Below, piece by piece: positions 28,821 to 43,200 of a stretch of 64,000 bases of DNA. Origin of the DNA: Balanoglossus misakiensis (Eukaryota > Animalia > Hemichordata); contig CM082596.2 of the NCBI GenBank assembly GCA_040954595.2, positions 4,023,025 to 4,087,024 of the forward strand. The letters run 5' to 3'. Made by a program: the position numbers and the translations under genes. The notes under the pieces are model-generated. The model saw nothing but the letters and a program-made list of their open reading frames with translations, did no database searches and was not told where the DNA came from. Numbering within the stretch: the first letter of the stretch is position 1; every line of letters begins with the position of its first letter.

Positions 28821-30846
28821 CGTGCGCACACACCTCAAGACCTCTTTAGGTAAAGTTTAACAAAGACATACCTTTCTGGATGCAGATGAACTTTGTACCT
28901 GCGGTCTCAGCAACCGGCACGCAGGAACTGTCTGCCTAGTGATCCCTGGAACCTGAATAACACGTCTCGCTGGGGTTCACACAAGGTTAATTGCGAAAGA
29001 ACTGTATAGATATTCAGATTTCCTCTCCTTCATGTTTATTAAAATGTCGGTATCGTACCACTCTCTGCTCCAATAGATCTCGTCTGTATCCAGAAAGTAA
29101 TTTATTGAAAGGGTCTGTCACAGCCGCGTACCATCAGCGCTCTCGTCGGGTCAAAGTTTTTCTTTGTGCATTGAAAATTATGAAAAAGCATCTGAGGATA
29201 TTTTTTTTAACGTTGCAAAATGTCAGCACGATCGCTCTTTCCTAATCACTATGGATTACGTCATCGTCAGCAGACGACAAAATCAACAGTGCGTTACTAA
29301 GATTAACTAATTTGCATATAACTGTTGACTGTTAAAATGTTATGCAAGACTCTAATTACCAATTATCTGTACATTGACAGGAGTGCGGGGTTACATAAAC
29401 ATTGACTAACTCTTTGAACAAAGGCATTGAGAAAACCCGCCACTTGGTGACGCACCGCTGGCTAGTGGCTGCGCTACGCTAAGAAAATGTTGATGTATGA
29501 CTGAGAACTCTGTCTTTAAAAGTAGCTGGCGTGTGTGTGTGTGTATATATATTATAAAGTAAAGAAACACAGGCAGTAACACGTCTCTATTCCCTTGCAG
29601 TATGGTAAATTTATGCGCTGTACTAAACTGAAGAAGTGTGCAACAGCTTTGTAGATTTAATCTCAAATGATACAAAGCGTGAATACAAACACAGTTAAAG
29701 TTCTCAACAGGTCCACAACATTTTATTGCTAGCATTGTCATGGGAACTGAAAAACAAATGAAAATGTACAATGGTGAGGTCATCACAGAAATACATTATA
29801 CATGTAATTCAGCTAACCGTATGGCTCTCTCTGCTGTGTTGGCCACAATACACAAGTCTCTCTAGCTCTGTGCATATTTACAATATTTTCACAATATCTC
29901 TATATTTCTTTATAGTACAGAACATGGCATTCAGATCGTGATTGCAGACTGCACATTTTAGATGCTAAAAACTAAATTATCAGTTAAAAATAACAAATAC
30001 CAACTCACAACGCAGGATGTTTCCATAGCAACTAACAGAATGGTGTCAAAGTACTGGCAATTAATGACTCGCGCAGTCAAAGATGAAGATGTGGGCTCAC
30101 ACACACACATGGAGGTCGACATGGAAGAGTTTTGTCAGATTGATATAAGACCTACCCACAGAAAATGTTATTTGTCTTTCGTAAAATGACAAAATTGGGG
30201 AGGAAAATTTGCTTTAGTCCTTATACCACCACTGTTTGGTCTGAGTCAGTTTGGACCTCTGCAGAGGGAACTAGGATGAGAGAGTTAGAGACAGAAACCT
30301 GTACATCATTTCAATGTAGCATGTCAAGAGAATGATCCCACAACAGATATATATTATATATTTTCTGGAAAAATCTAAATGCTTGCACTTTATACGTTAA
30401 ATCTGGCAGAATTATTTTTCATTCAAATTTTTCAGAAAGAAGACCTAAGGTCTGATTATTTATTATTGCACACGTTGGCTCAACAGTTTTAGCTATCTAT
30501 TAACGAACGGAGATGAGTTGAACATTTCAGTCAATCAGAAAATGTATATTAATTATTATACAGTGGGTTGTGTGTTCATTAATGGCACTGCTCCCTCCAT
30601 GTTTACACAAAGAAAATTCAATCTAGATTTACATATGCACTGTAAAAAGGACATTACTGATAAAACAGAGTTGTTTGCTTTCCTGATAAAAACATAGTAG
30701 TTTCAATTTGATTTTTTCCTTCAAATGTTCTGAGATGTGCAAATAATTTTTTTTAAATAAATAAATAAATAAATAAAGGTTAGTTGTAAGAAAGAAAAAC
30801 TTTGAAGTTGCGGCTCCCTGATCGTCTTGCATAGCAAAAAATGTTC

Positions 30847-32562
30847 CTATGGCATACAACTGTGTGAATGAGAAGCAAATTCATACTTGTCGCCGCAGTC
30901 ATACCCGCACACATTGCACTGAAATGGCTTCTCGTATCCATGGAAACCTCGGTGAATGGTGAAGAGGACGTTGTCGGGGAAGATGATGTCACAGTGTTGA
31001 CACTGGAAGGACCTCTTCTTGTTAGCAACGGTGCTGATGTCGTGCAGCACCAGCAGCGTCTGGGTTCCTCTTGACGCGCCCGAAGTGGACGAAATCACGT
31101 CGCCCGTCCGGTGCTCCCCGCGATGATGCACGGGCAATCGCGAGTCACCCGACTGGAGCGAAACTGGAAACAACCCTTTATTGGCCGGGTTTCTCGGCGG
31201 GCAGGCCTGAACGTTACTTTGCTGTTCTCTGTTTTTAGGGTAGATGGCTGGCAGTGATGTTGGGTACGCGACCCCGTCTGCTGCGTGGTCCGTCCGACTG
31301 GCCTCTCCGCTGGGCAACCCCTCAGCGCCAAGGCTGTTAGGATCCGTGTCCTGTCTGGTCTGATTCAGCAAGCTGTTGAATTCCGCAAAGTAATCAGACA
31401 CTGACGTTGACGCACTGGCTGTCCTGTATGTGGTCTCAGTGTTTGGGGTGCTGGTCATCGGCATATTTTGGTGGCCAGCGTTCATGCCGGCCATACTGTA
31501 CGTAGCCGGCACGTTTGAAATCGCATAGGGGCTCCTCACAATGCTGCTCACGGGCACCGTCTCCGCCTGGCTGACGTTTGGATCGATGACCGCCGCCGTG
31601 TCGGAATGAAAATCTCTCAAGTGCTTCATGAAGACCTCCTCCAGGACACACTCAAACTGGCACATGTTGCAGTGGTACTTTTCGAATGCCTGGGAATGTT
31701 TCTGCCTCAGGTGCGACTTCAGAGTCGTCGACTGCGTTGCAGCATAGTCGCAGTATTTGCACATGTAGGGTTTCTTGCCGAGATGACGCCGCTCGTGAAT
31801 GAGACGGTTCGTCGCAAATCTGGTCGAATACTCGCAGTAGCGGCATTTATACAACTTGGGAGTCTTTAACCCGTTGGAAGGCCCGCTTCCGCTGTTAAAA
31901 GATATCACAGGTCTTGCTACGTCTTGCTGAGGGTTATTGCTGACTGTTGTAGGCTCCGTCTGTCGCTGAGCAATTTCACCGTTATTTTGCTGGTCCGTTT
32001 CACGCACAGTCACATCGCTGTCTTCAGTGTTCATCTTTTCAGTGGAGCTTTCGTTGCAATCAGCATTTTCTTGGCTTTCCACCTTTATTTCAGGAACATC
32101 CACAGACGCATCTGGCAAGGCCTGTGAGGGAACTTCTTGGGGCTCACTATTTTCTCTATAAGCGGGGTACTTGTGTTGCGTGTTCACCTCACGCAGATTC
32201 TGCGTGAAGACCTCGGTGTGGTGCTTGACAAGGTGCTTGCTGTAGCGCTTCTCGTCGTCGCACGAAAACTTGCACTGCGGGCATTTGTAGGTGCACATTT
32301 CACTGTGGTGGACCGCAACGTGTTTGTGCAGCGTGGAGGACTGCACGGTGGCGTACGAGCAGTACTTGCAAGTGTAGGGCTTCTTGTTGAGGTGCATCCG
32401 CCGCTCGTGGACGATGCGGTTTCCGCAGTACTTGGTGGTATAGTTGCAGAAACGGCATTGGAAAAGTTTCTCTCCCCGGTGACTCTCCAGGTGGCTTTCC
32501 AAAAAGGCCATGCTTGTAGCTGTGTATTGACAGTAAGTGCATTTCAATTCTCGGTCTGTCAT
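30847..32562 (-). CDS. Ikaros/Hunchback-family (Pegasus/IKZF5-like) C2H2 zinc-finger protein, 571 aa, single coding exon
   Basis: Two clusters of C2H2 fingers (4 and 3) plus a C-terminal dimerisation finger pair FQCQHCDIIFPDNVLFTIHRGFHGYEKPFQCNVCG, characteristic of Ikaros/Pegasus/Hunchback. Confidence 0.85.
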   Translation of the reverse strand: MTDRELKCTYCQYTATSMAFLESHLESHRGEKLFQCRFCNYTTKYCGNRIVHERRMHLNKKPYTCKYCSYATVQSSTLHKHVAVHHSEMCTYKCPQCKFSCDDEKRYSKHLVKHHTEVFTQNLREVNTQHKYPAYRENSEPQEVPSQALPDASVDVPEIKVESQENADCNESSTEKMNTEDSDVTVRETDQQNNGEIAQRQTEPTTVSNNPQQDVARPVISFNSGSGPSNGLKTPKLYKCRYCEYSTRFATNRLIHERRHLGKKPYMCKYCDYAATQSTTLKSHLRQKHSQAFEKYHCNMCQFECVLEEVFMKHLRDFHSDTAAVIDPNVSQAETVPVSSIVRSPYAISNVPATYSMAGMNAGHQNMPMTSTPNTETTYRTASASTSVSDYFAEFNSLLNQTRQDTDPNSLGAEGLPSGEASRTDHAADGVAYPTSLPAIYPKNREQQSNVQACPPRNPANKGLFPVSLQSGDSRLPVHHRGEHRTGDVISSTSGASRGTQTLLVLHDISTVANKKRSFQCQHCDIIFPDNVLFTIHRGFHGYEKPFQCNVCGYDCGDKYEFASHSHSCMP

Positions 32563-33720
32563 GGCAACTGACTGACTGCAGTCTAGTTCTTCAGTGAGTT
32601 GCTACCTTTCCGAACATGACATGTTCTGTGGGTTAAATAAACAAAACAAAATTATAAAATCGCTGTAGTATTCAAAATTCAATGAAAACGGGAATATTTT
32701 GAATGTCATTATGTTGGTTAATTAAACCAAGCCACATCTGCAATCTTCATTGCCTGGTTCTTGTAAGACAATGAATGTTTTCTATCAAGATGCTCATAAA
32801 GTTTATCTCTAATAAACATCCTGGGGAAAGTGATCACCTTCGATCGTTGCTGCGGTTTCGTTGGGCTTCCCTCCCCGTCCAAAAATCGTCAAGGGGAGCT
32901 ACGAAACTGCAGCAACTTCGATCGGCAGTGGTTACGTCCATGATAAATGCAATCGCACAGTGTTGGTCGTTTCATTCTATTTTTAGATGAAAAAGCCAGT
33001 TTTTTCTTTCCTTTGTTAGAGCAATGCAGTCGAACTATACGGTCATGTTATATTCCCATTTTGTCAAACTCTGCTGCTGTACAAGGGAAAAGATATATAT
33101 CGACAAACAGTATCAGGCAAGAGCTCTAAATGTTAAAGTGAATGGACGGACAAACATGATGTACAGACATACCTCGCGTGTGTACATTCGAGCAGGTTGG
33201 CCATCAAGTTCACCTAAAACGACGGGTGGCAATAAATGATGAAGCTGTCTTACCAGACTTGCCACTCAAACTTTATGATAATCTTGCGAAGTCGTATTTT
33301 GAGCGAGCGATAGGCTGATATTGATGCTACTACACCAGGGTACGATGAACTGCTGAAGAACAAAAGCCGTTGGTGCAGAGGAACGAATTTACAAACAAGC
33401 AAACAAGCAGCCAAACCTTTCAAACAGCGCCCGCTAGCGCTATGAAGGCAATGTTTCGGATGTCGACTGGGCGTGATTGTATTATGATACATTTAATTGT
33501 TTGATACAGATTTTGCCCACACCGATTTCCGACACCATTTGTCTATCTGCCATCAGTAGGCATAAGCCTACATGTAAATATGAAGTACCACTGAAAACTT
33601 TATTGAAAAGTTTAATCACGACGACTTCCATCATGTACCTATGTACAGTACTGGTAGGCCTACTTAATTGACTTTATTGGCCAAATTTCGATTTGTCTGT
33701 TGTATGAACAACGAGAGTTG

Positions 33721-33744
33721 ACACACACACACACACACACACAC
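33721..33744. repeat. (AC)n microsatellite
   Basis: 12 AC units visible. Confidence 0.9.
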
Positions 33745-34246
33745 ATACAATAGCTAAATAAGGGACTGACATCTTAACGTTTTAGGTATGTTGATATTTA
33801 CTTTCCATGTATGTAGTAAAAACAAATAAGAGCTCATCTCTGTGGTCTGCATGGTATTCGGTGACGTAGGAGGCTAGCCCAATCAAACTTTACCTAGAGT
33901 ACAGCTCAGATCGTAACGCCCAAAGGTTTCTATTTCAATAGTAACTGCAAAGGAAGAGCGTGCTGATAGTCAACCATGCAAACATGTTTCTACAGTCATC
34001 GTGGTTGCCAAGACAGATGGACACCACTTGGTGCTGACTGACCAATTTTCAAGTTTTTGAGCAGTCACCGCAGCAAAGCATGCACGTAACAAAAATCTTT
34101 AACGTGGTAATAAGATCTATTTTCAAATTACAAATTGTGCATTTATTAATAAACATCTGCTAAAACTTTTCATGGATGCAAGGGAAATCTTACAGTTGGA
34201 CGTGATACTACATGTATAAGCTTTCCGACCTGGTACACCAATCACC

Positions 34247-37200
34247 TTAGCCCCTTGCCCTTTTAGCTGCTCTCTCATTGACATTTGTACTGTCGACCGT
34301 AGTCATGATACCATCGCGTTTCGCCCCAGAAGTGTTGATGAGGTGCTTCAGCTTTGAAATACGACAACTTTCAGTCTTGGGAATCTTTTTCAAGTCAACT
34401 TGCTCTGTCGTATTGATGCAGTCATCTGGGAAAAGTTTTCCTGACGCCGAACCGTAAAGCCAACGTTGTATGTCCTTCATCGTCATGACTTCAATTCTGT
34501 TTGCACCATCTGGAATCGTTTCGGCATTGTTTCCCCGAAATGCCAGATACTTCCCGTTTGTTGGATCACACATTGCAGTCCAGAAATATTCCGGATTTTC
34601 GAGGCTGAAATGAAGAAGTTGAAATGAAATATTTTGCTTAATCCATTTATCTGCAGAATCATGTTCCCGTTTACATTTCGTTCCACGACAAAATGGGATA
34701 ACCTACTGAATAATTTGAGGGGTGCTCACTTTGTTCCCTTAACCTTGCGTGACGGTGAGTAGGGTGTGACACCGGTCAGGATGTAAACTGGTCCGTCGGT
34801 AGGCTGTCTCATGTACCAAACATAGTTAGCGAGGAGACATTCAATCTCTCTCCATGGCCCACTGTTGAAACTCCCCAGTTGTGGGGCGGCATTGACCAAT
34901 AGGAAAGTGGCTCTCATCTTGTCCAGATCATGCTTGTTGATGTAGGATGGGTTTAAATGCCCCTTGTGCCATTTTCCCGTACCCTTGTTGGCATTATCAT
35001 ATTCAACACTAGCAGTCTGTTGTTCTGAAAATAAATTCGATTTGAAACCTTCATACATTCTGAGGAGTCGGAACATTCAGAAAGAACGCGACTTTGCCAT
35101 AAAAGGACCGAAGCACCTCGTACATAAGGATGAGCATTTGACAATGATTATATGAATTTCCAATGAATTGCTTCTACGGCATCACATAATTGTTAAAAGG
35201 TAAAACCTACTCATGCAGTCCTCTTCTGTCAAGTTTACCCCACAGTCCTCTTCTTTGTTAGTAAGCGTCTTAACACGTTCACTGCCTTGGATTAGTTTCA
35301 CTGGACCAAGATCCCGGCACTCATTCGTTGTCTCATACAAAGGCTTGTCATTTGCCACGCAAAGACCTGGAAAACAGTGGAAAACCTGGTCTCTTGCAAA
35401 TGTGGATCCCTTTGCCAACTGCATGGCCTATGATACACTGATATAGGATAAGCCGTTTAAAAATTAGTGTGAAACAGCTGTTAAACCATTTAGCATCCCT
35501 GAAATAACAGTAAATGGAGCTGCCTCTAGAGTTGTGTGTTTGGTTACAAACTGTGTACATGTGCGTAACAAACCTGGGCCCAAAGTCAAAAATGTCTGGA
35601 CACAACATAAATGAAATATGATAAGGCTCTTAAAGTTGCGCTTTCATGTGCAACGTTACTGGAACATAATCGTTGCCATGTCAATTTACGTTATCCTACC
35701 TATTTCAAACCGTTTCCACAGCGTAGCTTCATTGCTCACGTCGCCGCCTTTACCGCGTTTATATCCCGTGCTTGTCGACGACGGAGTAGTCGCAGTATAT
35801 GCGGAATATTCTGCCATCCTGCAATGTGAAATTTCCGACAGCAAGAGTTCATTACACAAATATATTTGCTTTGGGTGTCGGCGGTTTCAGGGATGAACAC
35901 AACAACTGAAATGGCGGAATACTTCCAAGGCTCTGTTCCCCGGTACCTGTGCATAGGGCTTTGATTGGCTTACCTGAGCTCGGTGTTGTACAGAGTAGCA
36001 AAGCAATATTCAGGAGGGCTGCCCAGTCTACAGGGATGACAGATTTTGACCCTTTTGCCAACGTTTGTTGTCGATGGTGGCCATTTACCATCCGCAAAGA
36101 ATTGTTCGCAGCCAGTGGGATCTTTTGATTCCTCGAACACGGCCCTACGTCGACGCTTGTTTGTTTTCTCCTCTAAAACAGTGATGCACACAAACACACA
36201 CAACAAACAACAACAAAACAGGTAAGACCTGAGTCGCGAAGCACCAGATCACTCGTCGCTTATGTTCTACCAACACGAGCGCATTTTGCAATGGTGAAGC
36301 GACAAGGTCTGGGAATCGAGACTGGATCTATACATTTCTTTGAATCTGACTTTACTTCTTCGCATTTGTGAAGGGATGCTGTTTAAAAGAACTTGTGCAA
36401 CCATAGACCCTTTTTTTGTGAGAACTTTTAACGACATTATCATTGTAATTTTTATCATTTTCATAAATCCAATTCATTTCAATATCTACGCTGCGTTTTT
36501 TATCTGTCGGGTATAAGAAACATGCAGGAAAACTTGGTCATTTTTTTGTCGTGGTTCACTTGGGCAAGTCTGAATACGGAGTGCTCATCAGGAGAGAGAA
36601 AGATAAACTCGCTAAAACCGTGTCTTTCCGTCCGCATGACCAACCAAGGAGCGAAAAAGTCGTTATTTGGGCCGTAATAAAACGTTTTTGTCGTCGAGGA
36701 GTGAATAAAGAACGGTCAGATCGTTGCGGTGCAAACTCTTATTTGCACCGCAGCGGTGCGAACTCTTATTTGCACCGCTGCGGTGCAAATAAGAATTTGC
36801 ACCGCTGCGGTGCAAATAAGATCATGGTAGTTATGCTGCAATATAGTGCGGTAAATTTTCGACTTTTGCCTGTACAAATCCTGGTGGCGAAGGGTTCAGG
36901 AAGGCTAGGTTTTTACCTGAAGGAGTCAACTGATGTTGGTTCGAGACCATTTTTTTCCATTTCTTTTTTTTGTGAGAACTTTTAACGACATTATCATTGT
37001 AATTTTTATCATTTTCATAAATCCAATTCATTTCAATATCTACGCTGCGTTTTTTATCTGTCGGGTATAAGAAACATGCAGGAAAACTTGGTCATTTTTT
37101 TTGTCGCGGTTCACTTGGGCAAGTCTGAATACGGAGTGCTCATCAGGAGAGAGAAAGATAAACTCGCTAAAATCGTGTCTTTCCGTACTCATGACCAACC

Positions 37201-40200
37201 AAGGAGCGAAAAAGTCGTTATTTGGGCCGTAATAAAACGTTTTTGTCGTCGAGGAGTGAATAAAGAACGGTCAGATCGTTGCGGTGCAAACTCTTATTTG
37301 CACCGCAGCGGTGCGAACTCTTATTTGCACCGCTGCGGTGCAAATAAGAATTGGCACCGCTGCGGTGCAAATAAGATCATGGTAGTTATGCTGCAATATA
37401 GTGCGGTAAATTTTCGACTTTTGCCTGTACAAATCCTGGTGGCGAAGGGTTCAGGAAGGCTAGGTTTTTTACCTGAAGGAGTCAACTGATGTTGGTTCGA
37501 GACCATTTTTTTCCATTTCTTTTTTTTGTGAGAACTTTTAACGACATTATCATTGTAATTTTTATCATTTTCATAAATCCAATTCATTTCAATATCTACG
37601 CTGCGTTTTTTATCTGTCGGGTATAAGAAACATGCAGAAAAACTTGGTCATTTTTTTTGTCGTGGTTCACTTGGGCAAGTCTGAATACGGAGTGTTCATC
37701 AGGGGAGAGAAAGATAAACTCGCTAAAACCGTGTTTTTCCGTACTCATGACAAACCAAGGAGCGAAAAAGTCGTTATTTGGGCCGTAATAAAAAGTTTTT
37801 GTCGTCGAGGAGTGAATAAAGAACGGTCAGATCGTTGCGGTGCAAACTCTTATTTGCACCGCAGCGGTGCGAACTCTTATTTGCACCGCTGCGGTGCAAA
37901 TAAGAATTGGCACCGCTGCGGTGCAAATAAGATCATAGTAGTTATGCTGCAATATAGTGCGGTAAATTTCCGACTTTTGCCTGTACAAATCCTGGTGGCG
38001 AAGGGTTCAGGAAGGCTAGGTTTTTACCTGAAGGAGTCAACTGATGTTGGTTCGAGACCATTTTTTTCCATTTATTTTTTTTGTGAGAACTTTTAACGAC
38101 ATTATCATTGTAATTTTTATCATTTTCATAAATCCAATTCATTTCAATATCTACGCTGCGTTTTTTATCTGTCGGGTATAAGAAACATGCAGGAAAACTT
38201 GGTCATTTTTTTTGTCGCGGTTCACTTGGGCAAGTCTGAATACGGAGTGCTCATCAGGAGAGAGAAAGATAAACTCGCTAAAATCGTGTCTTTCCGTACT
38301 CATGACCAACCAAGGAGCGAAAAAGTCGTTATTTGGGCCGTAATAAAACGTTTTTGTCGTCGAGGAGTGAATAAAGAACGGTCAGGTCGTTGCGGTGCAA
38401 ACTCTTATTTGCACCGCAGCGGTGCGAACTCTTATTTGCACCGCTGCGGTGCAAATAAGAATTGGCACCGCTGCGGTGCAAATAAGATCATAGTAGTTAT
38501 GCTGCAATATAGTGCGGTAAATTTCCGACTTTTGCCTGTACAAATCCTGGTGGCGAAGGGTTCAGGAAGGCTAGGTTTTTACCTGAAGGAGTCAACTGAT
38601 GTTGGTTCGAGACCATTTTTTTCCATTTATTTTTTTTGTGAGAACTTTTAACGACATTATCATTGTAATTTTTATCATTTTCATGAATCCAATTCATTTC
38701 AATATCTACGCTGCGTTTTTTATCTGTCGGGTATAAGAAACATGCAGGAAAACTTGGTCATTTTTTTTGTCGCGGTTCACTTGGGCAAGTCTGAATACGG
38801 AGTGCTCATCAGGAGAGAGAAAGATAAACTCGCTAAAATCGTGTCTTTCCGTACTCATGACCAACCAAGGAGCGAAAAAGTCGTTATTTGGGCCGTAATA
38901 AAACGTTTTTGTCGTCGAGGAGTGAATAAAGAACGGTCAGGTCGTTGCGGTGCAAACTCTTATTTGCACCGCAGCGGTGCGAACTCTTATTTGCACCGCT
39001 GCGGTGCAAATAAGAATTGGCACCGCTGCGGTGCAAATAAGATCATGGTAGTTATGCTGCAATATAGTGCGGTAAATTTTCGACTTTTGCCTGTACAAAT
39101 CCTGGTGGCGAAGGGTTCAGGAAGGCTAGGTTTTTACCTGAAGGAGTCAACTGATGTTGGTTCGAGACCATTTTTTTTCCATTTCTTTTTTTTGTGAGAA
39201 CTTTTAACGACATTATCATTGTAATTTTTATCATTTTCATAAATCCAATTCATTTCAATATCTACGCTGCGTTTTTTATCTGTCGGGTATAAGAAACATG
39301 CAGGAAAACTTGGTCATTTTTTTTGTCGCGGTTCACTTGGGTAAGTCTGAATACGGAGTGCTCATCAGGAGAGAGAAAGATAAACTCGCTAAAACCGTGT
39401 CTTTCCGTCCGCATGACCAACCAAGGAGCGAAAAAGTCGTTATTTGGGCCGTAATAAAACGTTTTTGTCGTCGAGGAGTGAATAAAGAACGGTCAGATCG
39501 TTGCGGTGCAAACTCTTATTTGCACCGCAGCGGTGCGAACTCTTATTTGCACCGCTGCGGTGCAAATAAGAATTGGCACCGCTGCGGTGCAAATAAGATC
39601 ATGGTAGTTATGCTGCAATATAGTGCGGTAAATTTTCGACTTTTGCCTGTACAAATCCTGGTGGCGAAGGGTTCAGGAAGGCTAGGTTTTTACCTGAAGG
39701 AGTCAACTGATGTTGGTTCGAGACCATTTTTTTTTCCATTTATTTTTTTTGTGAGAACTTTTAACGACATTATCATTGTAATTTTTATCATTTTCATAAA
39801 TCCAATTCATTTCAATATCTACGCTGCGTTTTTTATCTGTCGGGTATAAGAAACATGCAGGAAAACTTGGTCATTTTTTTTGTCGCGGTTCACTTGGGCA
39901 AGTCTGAATACGGAGTGCTCATCAGGAGAGAGAAAGATAAACTCGCTAAAATCGTGTCTTTCCGTACTCATGACCAACCAAGGAGCGAAAAAGTCGTTAT
40001 TTGGGCCGTAATAAAACGTTTTTGTCGTCGAGGAGTGAATAAAGAACGGTCAGATCGTTGCGGTGCAAACTCTTATTTGCACCGCAGCGGTGCGAACTCT
40101 TATTTGCACCGCTGCGGTGCAAATAAGATCATGGTAGTTATGCTGCAATATAGTGCGGTAAATTTTCGACTTTTGCCTGTACAAATCCTGGTGGCGAAGG

Positions 40201-43200
40201 GTTCAGGAAGGCTAGGTTTTTACCTGAAGGAGTCAACTGATGTTGGTTCGAGACCATTTTTTTCCATTTCTTTTTTTTGTGAGAACTTTTAACGACATTA
40301 TCATTGTAATTTTTATCATTTTCATAAATCCAATTCATTTCAATATCTACGCTGCGTTTTTTATCTGTCGGGTATAAGAAACATGCAGAAAAACTTGGTC
40401 ATTTTTTTTGTCGTGGTTCACTTGGGCAAGTCTGAATACGGAGTGTTCATCAGGGGAGAGAAAGATAAACTCGCTAAAACCGTGTTTTTCCGTACTCATG
40501 ACAAACCAAGGAGCGAAAAAGTCGTTATTTGGGCCGTAATAAAAAGTTTTTGTCGTCGAGGAGTGAATAAAGAACGGTCAGATCGTTGCGGTGCAAACTC
40601 TTATTTGCACCGCAGCGGTGCGAACTCTTATTTGCACCGCTGCGGTGCAAATAAGAATTGGCACCGCTGCGGTGCAAATAAGATCATGGTAGTTATGCTG
40701 CAATATAGTGCGGTAAATTTTCGACTTTTGCCTGTACAAATCCTGGTGGCGAAGGGTTCAGGAAGGCTAGGTTTTTACCTGAAGGAGTCAACTGATGTTG
40801 GTTCGAGACCATTTTTTTCCATTTCTTTTTTTTGTGAGAACTTTTAACGACATTATCATTGTAATTTTTATCATTTTCATAAATCCAATTCATTTCAATA
40901 TCTACGCTGCGTTTTTTATCTGTCGGGTATAAGAAACATGCAGGAAAACTTGGTCATTTTTTTTGTCGCGGTTCACTTGGGCAAGTCTGAATACGGAGTG
41001 CTCATCAGGAGAGAGAAAGATAAACTCGCTAAAATCGTGTCTTTCCGTACTCATGACCAACCAAGGAGCGAAAAAGTCGTTATTTGGGCCGTAATAAAAC
41101 GTTTTTGTCGTCGAGGAGTGAATAAAGAACGGTCAGATCGTTGCGGTGCAAACTCTTATTTGCACCGCAGCGGTGCGAACTCTTATTTGCACCGCTGCGG
41201 TGCAAATAAGAATTGGCACCGCTGCGGTGCAAATAAGATCATGGTAGTTATGCTGCAATATAGTGCGGTAAATTTTCGACTTTTGCCTGTACAAATCCTG
41301 GTGGCGAATGGTTCAGGAAGGCTAGGTTTTTACCTGAAGGAGTCAACTGATGTTGGTTCGAGACCATTTTTTTTCCATTTCTTTTTTTTGTGAGAACTTT
41401 TAACGACATTATCATTGTAATTTTTATCATTTTCATAAATCCAATTCATTTCAATATCTACTCTGCGTTTTTTATCTGTCGGGTATAAGAAACATGCAGG
41501 AAAACTTGGTCATTTTTTTTGTCGCGGTTCACTTGGGCAAGTCTGAATACGGAGTGCTCATCAGGAGAGAGAAAGATAAACTCGCTAAAATCGTGTCTTT
41601 CCGTACTCATGACCAACCAAGGAGCGAAAAAGTCGTTATTTGGGCCGTAATAAAACGTTTTTGTCGTCGAGGAGTGAATAAAGAACGGTCAGATCGTTGC
41701 GGTGCAAACTCTTATTTGCACCGCAGCGGTGCGAACTCTTATTTGCACCGCTGCGGTGCAAATAAGAATTGGCACCGCTGCGGTGCAAATAAGATCATGG
41801 TAGTTATGCTGCAATATAGTGCGGTAAATTTTCGACTTTTGCCTGTACAAATCCTGGTGGCGAAGGGTTCAGGAAGGCTAGGTTTTTACCTGAAGGAGTC
41901 AACTGATGTTGGTTCGAGACCATTTTTTTCCATTTATTTTTTTTGTGAGAACTTTTAACGACATTATCATTGTAATTTTTATCATTTTCATAAATCCAAT
42001 TCATTTCAATATCTACGCTGCGTTTTTTATCTGTCGGGTATAAGAAACATGCAGGAAAACTTGGTCATTTTTTTTGTCGCGGTTCACTTGGGCAAGTCTG
42101 AATACGGAGTGCTCATCAGGAGAGAGAAAGATAAACTCGCTAAAATCGTGTCTTTCCGTACTCATGACCAACCAAGGAGCGAAAAAGTCGTTATTTGGGC
42201 CGTAATAAAACGTTTTTGTCGTCGAGGAGTGAATAAAGAACGGTCAGATCGTTGCGGTGCAAACTCTTATTTGCACCGCAGCGGTGCGAACTCTTATTTG
42301 CACCGCTGCGGTGCAAATAAGAATTGGCACCGCTGCGGTGCAAATAAGATCATGGTAGTTATGCTGCAATATAGTGCGGTAAATTTTCGACTTTTGCCTG
42401 TACAAATCCTGGTGGCGAATGGTTCAGGAAGGCTAGGTTTTTACCTGAAGGAGTCAACTGATGTTGGTTCGAGACCATTTTTTTTCCATTTCTTTTTTTT
42501 GTGAGAACTTTTAACGACATTATCATTGTAATTTTTATCATTTTCATAAATCCAATTCATTTCAATATCTACTCTGCGTTTTTTATCTGTCGGGTATAAG
42601 AAACATGCAGGAAAACTTGGTCATTTTTTTTGTCGCGGTTCACTTGGGCAAGTCTGAATACGGAGTGCTCATCAGGAGAGAGAAAGATAAACTCGCTAAA
42701 ATCGTGTCTTTCCGTACTCATGACCAACCAAGGAGCGAAAAAGTCGTTATTTGGGCCGTAATAAAACGTTTTTGTCGTCGAGGAGTGAATAAAGAACGGT
42801 CAGATCGTTGCGGTGCAAACTCTTATTTGCACCGCAGCGGTGCGAACTCTTATTTGCACCGCTGCGGTGCAAATAAGAATTGGCACCGCTGCGGTGCAAA
42901 TAAGATCATGGTAGTTATGCTGCAATATAGTGCGGTAAATTTTCGACTTTTGCCTGTACAAATCCTGGTGGCGAAGGGTTCAGGAAGGCTAGGTTTTTAC
43001 CTGAAGGAGTCAACTGATGTTGGTTCGAGACCATTTTTTTCCATTTATTTTTTTTGTGAGAACTTTTAACGACATTATCATTGTAATTTTTATCATTTTC
43101 ATAAATCCAATTCATTTCAATATCTACGCTGCGTTTTTTATCTGTCGGGTATAAGAAACATGCAGGAAAACTTGGTCATTTTTTTTGTCGCGGTTCACTT

